A DNA stretch of 64,000 nt from Dehalococcoidia bacterium (lineage in GTDB: Bacteria; Chloroflexota; Dehalococcoidia; UBA2979). Under the pieces are notes generated by a model, which had not been told where the DNA came from, ran no database searches, and was given only the letters and a program-made list of their open reading frames with translations. Within the stretch, counting starts at the first letter, position 1. Every line of letters begins with the position of its first letter. Made by a program: the position numbers and the translations under genes. This document shows, piece by piece, positions 57,201 to 64,000 of the stretch. The stretch spans positions 256,001-320,000 of the forward strand of contig OZ244720.1 in the NCBI GenBank assembly GCA_965219085.1, read 5' to 3'.

Positions 57201-60200
57201 GCTGGTGTTGTTGGGCAGATCGGGTTCCGTCGGGGTGACATCGGTCACCGAGACGCGGTAGTCGCCGAGGAACCGGTTGTACCGAGAGGAAGCGTCCGGA
57301 CTGACCACCAGGTAGTAGGCGCCGCTCTTGGGCGCGCGGTACAACGCGCGGGCGTTGCGGCCGTCACCGGAGTCTTCGTCATCGGCGCTGTTGAAGACGC
57401 TGATCTGGGGGCCCGGCAGGACGATCGTGTAGAGGTTCGGGTCGGGCCAGGGACCGACCTTGGAACCGGGCACGACGGCCGACTCGACGTCGACCTGGTA
57501 GATGCGGCCCGCAGTCAGATCGACGGCGATCCAGTCGGTGTCGCCGCCCTGCCACAGCCGGTCGTGGTTGTACTCGATGTCGTAGTCGTCGCTCCAGCGG
57601 ACCCAGTCGATCCGACCCAGCATCGAACCGCCGACCTCGACCCGACCGTGCTGGCCCGGACCGATGTCCCAGATCGGGTAGGAGCGGCCCTGGTCGTCCC
57701 TTGTGCGGGTCTCGCGGAAGTCATCCTCAACCCGCACGACGGTAAACGTGTATGGCTCGGTTCCCCGCCATCTCTCGTTGTAGTAGGGCGAGGTCGAGAC
57801 GCGGAAGAAGAACAGGCCGCTGCGCCCCGGCGTGAGGATCGCCTCCTGGTATCCGACATCGACATCCTCGCGACTGAGTGAGTGCATCACGTACTCGGCG
57901 CCGTCGGCGTGCTCGTAGTCATGCTGAACCGCCGACGTCTGCCACGTGAGCACATTCCAGATGGTGCTCGGGTTGCGGCTGCGCACCACGACGGCGTACC
58001 GGACGCCCTTCTCCAGCTCGACGCCCACCCAGTCGGTCCCGTAGGCGCCGCCGCCGTATGTCCCGGGGTTGTCGTCGACGGCGTCGTGTCGACCAGTAAT
58101 CGTGTCGCCGACCTGGGCGCGACCCAGGGTCTGGCCGTCATGGCTGAACTCGACGGTGCCGGACTCGGAGATGTTGCCGCTGACCGAGTAGCCGAGCTCG
58201 TAGCTCTGCGTGCCCGAGCCGGCGGGCACGGCGATCCGGATGCGGTAGTCGCCCGCGCGCAAGACGGCGGAACGCGCCTGGCCGTCGCCGTCGTTGGCGC
58301 CGGAGCTGAGCAGCGCGCCGGTCGATGAGTGCAGGTGGATGCCGACGCTCTGCGTGTTGAGCGTCAGGCTCACCTCGCGCACGTCGGTCAGGTTGAACGT
58401 GTAGTAGACCTCTGCCGTGCTCGCGCCGGTCTGCGTGCCCGAGCTGCCGTGCGGGGTGATGTCGCCGATATCGGTCGCGGTGGGCAGATCAATCTCCACA
58501 GCGGTCGAGGCGTCGCTGGCCGTCTCCCCGATCAGGGCGATCACCTGGTAGCCGTACTTGGCGCCGAGCATGACACTGTCATCGGCAAAGCTGACAGCGC
58601 TGTCGGACGTGTTCTCGACCAGAGTCGTGTAGCTGTCGGCCGCGTCGACATCGCGGTCACGGCGCAACACGCGGTAACCCGTGATTACGGCGAGCGAGGG
58701 ACCGTCCCAGGTCAGAGAGACCGCGCCGGCGCCGGCGGCGAGCGTCGCCGCCAGCCCGGTCGGCGCGTCGGCCGGCGTATCGACCTCGATTTCGTCCGAC
58801 TCGGGGCTCAGCCCGCTGCCGTCGAGCGCGCGGATCCAATAGGCGTACTTGCTGGCGTCGTCGACGGTGTTGTCGACAAACGACGTGGCGGTCGAACCGG
58901 TGTCGTTGTTGACGATGACCGTGACGCTCGGGTCAACGTCGCGCTCGCGGCGCAGAATGCGGTAGCCGGTCAGCGAGCTGTCATCCGGGTCGTCCCAGCC
59001 CAGGGTGACCGCGTCCGCGGTCGCCGTGGCGGTCAGCCCGGTCGGCGCATCCGGCGCCGACGGCAGGTCGGCCTCGACGGCGGTCGGTTCACTCGCGAGC
59101 TCTTCGTGCAGGGCCATCACCTGCCAGGCGTACTGGCCGCCCGCGCTCACACCGGTGTCGAGGTAGCTGGTTCCGGAACCGTTGTCGGCCATGATCACGG
59201 CAAACGCGCTGCCGGCGACGGCGCGGTCGCGGCGCGTGATCTTGTAGCCGGTCACGCTCGCGTCGCCTGGATCATCCCAACTCAGCGTCGCCGAGGTCGT
59301 GGTCACGCTGACCGTCAGGCCGGTCGGCGCCGGCGGCGCCCCGACCATGTCGCCCTCGATGGTCGCTGGAACACCCACGATCTCGCCGCGCAGGGCGATG
59401 ACTTGCCAGGCGTACTTGCCGCCGGTACTCAAGCCGCTGTCTTCGTAGCTCGTGCCTGTCCCGTTGTCGGCGACGATCTGCACGAACTCGCTGTTTTCGA
59501 TATCGCGGTCGCGGCGCGTAATCCGGTAGCCGGTGATGCTCGCGTCGCCCGGATCATCCCAACTCAGCGTCGCCGAAGTCTTGGTCACGCTGACCGATAG
59601 TCCGGTCGGCGCCGGCGGCGGTGGCGGGACGGCCTGCGTATCGGCCCTGACGTAGGTCGACTGCGGGCTCGGGCCGTGGGCGTTGATCGCCTTGACCCGG
59701 TAGACGTAGCGAGTCGAGGCTTCGACCGTCGTGTCCGTGAACCTGACCGCGGCGCTGCCCGTGTCCTCGACGATGATGTCGAAGCGTCCGACCTCGTACA
59801 CATCCCGCAGCCGGCGCAAAATCTGATGCCCGGTCACGCTTGAGTCCAGGACACGGTTCCAGCGCAGCTCGACCGCGTCGTGGCTGACCGACACCACCCG
59901 AATGCCCATTGGCTTCGCCGGCGGCTCACTGACCGTCTCCGGATCGCCCGGCGAAGACACTTCCCCTGGCGTATACAACGTCACTGTGCCACCCACCGCG
60001 ACGGACTCGGCCGCGCTCTCCACCCAGCTCAAACTCAGCGCGACCGTGTCGTCCTCGGCCCACACCTGCGTGGTCGCCCAGACGTAGGAGGTAATTCTGG
60101 TGCTCTTCACCTCACTCGCATCGGCGGAGGCGAACTCGGTCCCGTCCACCGTCAGGACGAAGTCGTCGCTCGGCTCCGGCTTCAGGTTGAAGGCCAGAAA

Positions 60201-60539
60201 GCCGTTCGACAGCAGCATCGCCACGACCTCGATCGACTGGTCATCCTCGTTGAACGTGTTCTCGCTGAGCGTGCCCATCCCGCCCTGGAAGATGCTGTAG
60301 CCGTGGGTCGTCTGGCTGCCCGTGCCGTGCACGCCCACGGTCAGGGTCGCGGTCCAGGCCGCCGAGCTTTCGCTCTCGACCGCGTCCACGCCTTGTTCGC
60401 CCGAGGCCGGCAGCACGCCCGAGAGCGCACAGGCGAAGATGAGCGCAATCAGCGTCGCTGAGACGGCGACTGCGCGCAGGGCCGACCTCCCGCCCTTCTT
60501 CCAAATCGATCCTGTGGCGGGACGCTGGATAGCGGTCAT
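54270..60539 (-). CDS. Giant surface protein B (~2,090 aa): signal/TM, 5x FN3, PPC-like repeats, RCC1-like repeats, C-terminal cadherin-like beta sandwich
   Basis: GGAGGG RBS + ATG at 60539; WDDPGDASITGY FN3; DWxxVxL..GxxY repeats; HACALRxDGTxxCWG repeats; VTVTAADGVTTQAYTIAITRA. Confidence 0.87.
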   Translation of the reverse strand: MTAIQRPATGSIWKKGGRSALRAVAVSATLIALIFACALSGVLPASGEQGVDAVESESSAAWTATLTVGVHGTGSQTTHGYSIFQGGMGTLSENTFNEDDQSIEVVAMLLSNGFLAFNLKPEPSDDFVLTVDGTEFASADASEVKSTRITSYVWATTQVWAEDDTVALSLSWVESAAESVAVGGTVTLYTPGEVSSPGDPETVSEPPAKPMGIRVVSVSHDAVELRWNRVLDSSVTGHQILRRLRDVYEVGRFDIIVEDTGSAAVRFTDTTVEASTRYVYRVKAINAHGPSPQSTYVRADTQAVPPPPPAPTGLSVSVTKTSATLSWDDPGDASITGYRITRRDRDIENSEFVQIVADNGTGTSYEDSGLSTGGKYAWQVIALRGEIVGVPATIEGDMVGAPPAPTGLTVSVTTTSATLSWDDPGDASVTGYKITRRDRAVAGSAFAVIMADNGSGTSYLDTGVSAGGQYAWQVMALHEELASEPTAVEADLPSAPDAPTGLTATATADAVTLGWDDPDDSSLTGYRILRRERDVDPSVTVIVNNDTGSTATSFVDNTVDDASKYAYWIRALDGSGLSPESDEIEVDTPADAPTGLAATLAAGAGAVSLTWDGPSLAVITGYRVLRRDRDVDAADSYTTLVENTSDSAVSFADDSVMLGAKYGYQVIALIGETASDASTAVEIDLPTATDIGDITPHGSSGTQTGASTAEVYYTFNLTDVREVSLTLNTQSVGIHLHSSTGALLSSGANDGDGQARSAVLRAGDYRIRIAVPAGSGTQSYELGYSVSGNISESGTVEFSHDGQTLGRAQVGDTITGRHDAVDDNPGTYGGGAYGTDWVGVELEKGVRYAVVVRSRNPSTIWNVLTWQTSAVQHDYEHADGAEYVMHSLSREDVDVGYQEAILTPGRSGLFFFRVSTSPYYNERWRGTEPYTFTVVRVEDDFRETRTRDDQGRSYPIWDIGPGQHGRVEVGGSMLGRIDWVRWSDDYDIEYNHDRLWQGGDTDWIAVDLTAGRIYQVDVESAVVPGSKVGPWPDPNLYTIVLPGPQISVFNSADDEDSGDGRNARALYRAPKSGAYYLVVSPDASSRYNRFLGDYRVSVTDVTPTEPDLPNNTSTTARLSIDGTKVNGFFEKSSDHDWYVVAMEAGKSYKLRAHGTFGRDHIIDEVVGIGGIRFGDESKPLPGTRWDGDYWRHRTMEIVFTPTRTGDYYIDLGHNACCGDDVRMIGPYEVSVTEVEALDADSFAEISAKSATEGQSIRGTVKFPPNDSDAWFSVELEAGTEYETALNKSSEVFRRAIYKSDGTIIAKSNIGTFRPKEAGTYYVRIGGQPGHGTRSFSLTIQEPPEIPPPLAPPTPEETLFETFPDVTPVTLTLGTTTDASIETAEEEHDWFQLDLTGGDGKTYYLDLVSSADGDNDYTLGLPYLRAVYDSDGSALSHDRDGGNGTGSYEFQPTEDSTYYVVVRSREDFTSGSRGTGTYGVRVIDTTPPSDGDLPHDPSTTGVLEVGGSVIGEIDAEGDVDWYKVALVGGVTYQFDMKGKSSGEWVLVNGAPAFVTLGTLVDPKLLGVYGGDSILIAGSDSEVNGTGKDSRVASFTPSTDGEYYIAAGAESGWTGTYELSLTVTAGQHVKELSLTTDNSDSTAKSVQSDDSVNSDGEQLVGAIKTIVKVDNPVVVKQVVEAVGGFQQVDAGWRHACALRMDGTLECWGEMENLKERCEGGPYDGRWVCARQADTPEGIFTQVIAGFDRTCAIRDDGSATCWERDYQPDGSGPKQQVNTNNLDGVCWLNADGTVDCGAGMAGPPSSGTYTSISVGSYIACAIDNDDEAVCWSNHGARAVPTGTFKFLQVGGYRVCGIRSDATDPDVDGTVLCWRYGDHSLQNKFAATTGQDSAENTSYTEDEQAAPTDKFQHLQVHYTRTCGVTETGQIKCWTRHGGGPGTLLTSLSGLTATDFETVSIDWYPHACALRTDSTITCWGYDGAEIDTPAFDSPWKTNAKLLSLELSGIDLEFDRDTVSYTLSVDNDVASTTVTTGATNTQATVVISPTDAGSSSDGHQVNLTAGSTTTITVTVTAADGVTTQAYTIAITRASS

Positions 60540-60592
60540 CCTGCCCTCCTCGATATCAATCGCGCGCGTGAGGCTCGGTCGGTCACGCATCG

Positions 60593-60830
60593 TCAGCTCG
60601 CTGCCTGCGTGATCGCGATGGTGTAGGTTTGCGCCGTGACGCCGTCGGCTGCGGTGACCGTGAGGGTGATCGTGTTCGACCCGTCGACAGGTTCACCTGG
60701 TGGCCATCGGTCGAGCTGTCGGCTCGGTGGGCGAGATCACGACGGTCGCCTGGGTGTTGGTCGCGCCCGCTGTGATCGTGGTCGAGGCCACGTCGTTGTC
60801 GACCGAGAGGGTGTAGTTGGCCGTATCGCG
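60593..60830 (-). pseudogene. 3'-end remnant of an upstream paralog of giant protein B
   Basis: Degenerate direct repeat of 54270-54510 including the stop codon, with small indels. Confidence 0.85.
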
Positions 60831-61056
60831 ATCGCCTCATGGGCCAGGAACTGGTCTGTCACGCGCAACGGGGTGCTTTCCCATTCCGGTCTGGAGGTGG
60901 CGGGGCCCACCCCAGCGCAATCTAGCCCGTGATTCGGGTCACATCCTGACGCTCTCCCGACATTCTCGTAAGTGCCGAGCGGCACAATCGGCGAGTCACT
61001 TTGTTTGCCCGGAGCGAGAGCGTTTCTGAAACTGAGGCAGGTACTGCTGCTATGGC
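60828..61056 (-). promoter_or_regulatory. Conserved non-coding leader, copy 2
   Basis: Homologous to 53179-53413. Confidence 0.6.
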
Positions 61057-61410
61057 TTCCAGGTCGCGCGCACAGAACACGCCGCACGGAAGACAAATGC
61101 CTCCCGTAGCAACGGGCCAACTCAAGCCAGCGTAACCACCTGGCTATGAACCTTCAGTAGAAATCGGCCCACTTCGATGGCAAATTCGGTGACGATTCTC
61201 AAGAAAGAGCTACGGAAGTAACAAGACCATTTGCGTGAGTTTCTGCCTTTTTCTATGAGGCTACGTGAGGGTTTACTTCATTCCGGGTATGGGCCTGCTC
61301 GCGGACCAGGTGGCGACGCCGTCGGGGAAGCCGTCCAGCGTGCCACCCTGACTCGCTGCCGGGGCTGCGCGGCCTTGAACGCAAGAGGCCCACGCATATG
61401 GACCGGGGGA

Positions 61411-61442
61411 GGAGGCCACCGCAACCAGGTGCGGTGGCCTCC
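61411..61442. terminator. Hairpin after helicase remnant
   Basis: ggaggccaccgca-accagg-tgcggtggcctcc 13-bp stem. Confidence 0.6.
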
Positions 61443-61464
61443 CCCTTGGCTCCCGGCCTGGCGT

Positions 61465-62020
61465 CCCGCGGCGGCCGGCTCCGCCTCCCGCTTCCGTTCC
61501 AGCGCCCACTCGAAGCGGGAGATGGACGCGGGCGCGGGCCTGCGGCTGCGGCGCTTCGGCTCGGCCGGCTCCCCGGCCATGAACTCCGCCCAGGAGAACA
61601 GCGAGCGTTGCCGCTCCGGGGTTTCGTCGTCTTCGACGTTGCCAACAGCAAAGGCGGCGCGGCCGTTGCCGTCGGCGTGAACCTCAACCGCGACCGGCTC
61701 GGGTTCGGCCCACGCCGCGCCGACCAGCAGCGCCTCGGCGTCGGCCGCGACCCTGCGCCTGGGCGATGATCGACTCGACCGAGCCGGCGTCCTCCTCGCC
61801 GGCGACGATCTTTCTCGCCAAGGCGAGCATCAGGTCGTCGCCGTCGTCGCCGTCGGCTGCGAGCCCTACCTCGGGCGGCTCGCCCTCCACCGCCAGCGAC
61901 GATTGGAGCTTCTTCGCCACCAGTTGGAGGGTGTTCCGGTAGGCCATGAAGACGACCTGCACGGGCTGGGTCTGGCCGATGCGCCAGGACCTGCGTGAGG
62001 CCTGCCCGCATCGTGTAGAC
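61465..62020 (-). pseudogene. SNF2-like helicase C-terminal remnant (copy 2, several frameshifts)
   Basis: YT.RQASRRSWRIGQTQPVQVVFMAYRNTLQ (motif VI Q..RR..RIGQ) ... DDLMLALARKIV ... QRSLFSWAEFMA. Confidence 0.75.
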
Positions 62021-62060
62021 GCAGCCGGTGTCGAATCAGACAGGCGCAGACAGGGAGAGG

Positions 62061-64000
62061 TCAGTTGGCTTCCGGAGGCCCCTCGCTCTTGGTGACCAGT
62101 GGCGTGAGAGCCGGCAGCCCGTGGGGGAACACTGCGGCGAAGTCCTCGTTCACGGACTCCGGAGCCCCGAGGATGTAGGAGACGTAGACGCCCTCGTGCA
62201 GCACGTAGAAGGCCGTGACGCCTAGGCCCTGCGCGCAGGCCACGAGCTCAGCGACGCTGCCGCCCTCGGAGACGACGAGGCTGAAGCCCTCGGAGATCTC
62301 TCCGCGCAGGCACTCAGGCCCCGGCAGCAGGGCGCCGTCGCCGAGGTTCGGGTCGGCTGAAGGCGGTCCCTTGCTCTGGACCGTCAGCGGCGTGAACGGC
62401 GGAACACCATTGGCGAATAGCTCGGCGAAGCCCTCGTTCACGAACTCCGGCGCACCGAGGATGTAGGAGACGTAGACACCCTCGTGTAGCGCGTAGAGGG
62501 TCACGACATCCCGGCTCTCCGCGCAGCCCACGAGGTCCTCGACGCTGCCGCCCTCGTAGACGACGAGGCTGAAGCCCTCGGAGATGTCGCCGCGCAGGCA
62601 GTGCGTCCAGGGCTCGGGCGTCGATTCCTGTCCGGCCTCGCCGAAGGTCACGCGGTAGGTCTTCTCGCGACTGCCGTCCGCCGAGCTGACGGTGATGGTG
62701 ATCTCGCCTACACCATCCAGCGCGACCTGGTGCCCGTTCGCATCGTCGCCGTCGGCGTCGGGCGGGTCGATCACGACGCCGGCGCCGGACTGGGCCGCCG
62801 CGGCCTCGACCGTCGTCTCCGCCACGCCCTCGGCGGCGACCCCCGTGTATTCAGTCTCTCGAGATGAGAACTCGCCGATGTCGACGCCGCTCATCGTCAG
62901 CGAGGCGAGGCGGGCGTCGATCGCGTCGGGCATGTTGTAGCTGTAGACCTTGCCGTCGCTGGCGTCGGCGACGTACATCACGTCGCCGTCGGACCAGAGG
63001 CCGCGCGGGCTGTTGTTGCTCGCCTTGCTCAGTATGGTGTTGGGGAACTCCTCGTCACGGACGCGCTCGAGTTCCTTGTCGCCCTCGCCCTCCTCGTCCG
63101 CGTCCGGCTCCCCGGACAGCACGGGCAACCGGTAGGCGAAGAGCCGCTTGGCGCCGTGGTCGGAGACCCAGACCGTGACGCCGTCGGACCAGATGCCGCG
63201 CGGGTCGTCGTTGGCTGCGTCGAGGGCGCACTCGGCGAGCAGCTCGCCGCTCTCCAGGTCGTAGCCGAAGAGGCTGTCCTTGCCGCCATCCAGCACCCAC
63301 ATCGTCGTCTCGTCGGACCAGATGCCGCGGGCGTCGCGGTTGCGCTCGGCGAGCGCGATATCGCCCTCCGGGAGGCGCTCGCCGCTCTCGAGGTCGTGGG
63401 CGAAGAGCTTGTTCTGGCCGCTGTCGGAGACCCAGATCGTCTCCTCGTCAGACCAGACGCCGCGGGGGGCGCGGTTCTTCTCGTCAAGCTCGACCTCGCG
63501 CTCCTCGACGCGCTCGCCGCTCTCGAGGTCATAGGCGTAGACGGCGTCGTCGGCGCCGTCGCCGTTCTCGAGGAGCCAGAGGATGGAACCATTGGACCAG
63601 GCGCCGGTGGGCGAGTCGTGGCTCGAGTCGAGCGCTTCGATGTCGCGCTTGACGTTCCACTCGAACTCGACCTCGCTTGCTGTCGGACCGGACGGACCTC
63701 CACCGCCGCCACCGCCACCGACGAAGCCGCCGGTCGTAGGAGCAGCGGTCACCGTGATCGTCACCTCGATGGTGGCGTCAACCTCGACGTCGGTGGACTG
63801 GTAGTCAGGGCCGAAGCCGTCGTGGACGCGTACCTGCACCGAGTACGAGTTCGTCCCGTCAGGGTCATAATCCAGGACGGCCCTGCTCAGGATCTGGCCC
63901 GTGGCCGGGTCGATGTCGAAGAGCACGGCGTCCGTCCCGCTGAGTGAGTAGGTGAGGACGTCGCCCGTGTCCTCGTCGGTCGCCCGCACGGGTGCGCCGA
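62061..64000 (-). CDS. Giant surface protein C (5'-partial): cadherin domain plus the same C-terminal module as protein A
   Basis: ATDEDTGDVLTYSLSG, GGFVGGGGG linker, SEVEFEWNVKRDIE, PRGxWS repeats, duplicated CLRG..EGFSLVV domain. Confidence 0.87.
   Translation of the reverse strand, partial: GAPVRATDEDTGDVLTYSLSGTDAVLFDIDPATGQILSRAVLDYDPDGTNSYSVQVRVHDGFGPDYQSTDVEVDATIEVTITVTAAPTTGGFVGGGGGGGGPSGPTASEVEFEWNVKRDIEALDSSHDSPTGAWSNGSILWLLENGDGADDAVYAYDLESGERVEEREVELDEKNRAPRGVWSDEETIWVSDSGQNKLFAHDLESGERLPEGDIALAERNRDARGIWSDETTMWVLDGGKDSLFGYDLESGELLAECALDAANDDPRGIWSDGVTVWVSDHGAKRLFAYRLPVLSGEPDADEEGEGDKELERVRDEEFPNTILSKASNNSPRGLWSDGDVMYVADASDGKVYSYNMPDAIDARLASLTMSGVDIGEFSSRETEYTGVAAEGVAETTVEAAAAQSGAGVVIDPPDADGDDANGHQVALDGVGEITITVSSADGSREKTYRVTFGEAGQESTPEPWTHCLRGDISEGFSLVVYEGGSVEDLVGCAESRDVVTLYALHEGVYVSYILGAPEFVNEGFAELFANGVPPFTPLTVQSKGPPSADPNLGDGALLPGPECLRGEISEGFSLVVSEGGSVAELVACAQGLGVTAFYVLHEGVYVSYILGAPESVNEDFAAVFPHGLPALTPLVTKSEGPPEAN

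Overview
High-GC bacterial window; the 16S/23S sequences and gene set point to Chloroflexota, probably Dehalococcoidia-like (inference, not searched). Positions 1-37.8 kb are mostly core genome: ligA 3' end, mreBCD-pbp2-rodA, clpC, rpsA, an rRNA locus ordered 16S-tRNAIle-tRNAAla-23S-tRNAfMet-5S, tilS, ftsB, a methylmalonyl-CoA mutase cluster, an SPFH pseudogene, tRNA-Glu(CTC) and an AapJQMP-type amino-acid ABC transporter. From a tRNA-Glu(TTC) 3' fragment (att-like, 37840-37888) to the window end lies a decayed genomic island. It holds abutting IS1380/IS5 elements and giant modular surface-protein genes: a ~3,500-aa S8 protease/FN3/spondin/PQQ-dehydrogenase/cadherin gene split by one frameshift, a ~2,090-aa FN3/PPC/RCC1-like gene, and a third partial gene. 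The island appears built from a repeated unit: a conserved ~230-bp leader, a giant gene ending in a shared C-terminal module with a duplicated ~85-aa Cys-pair domain, then a SNF2-like helicase C-terminal remnant. It also contains a patchwork of 34-49-bp pieces copied from elsewhere in the island. Domain calls are by motif recognition by eye; no database searches were run, and identity figures other than short exact counts are estimates.
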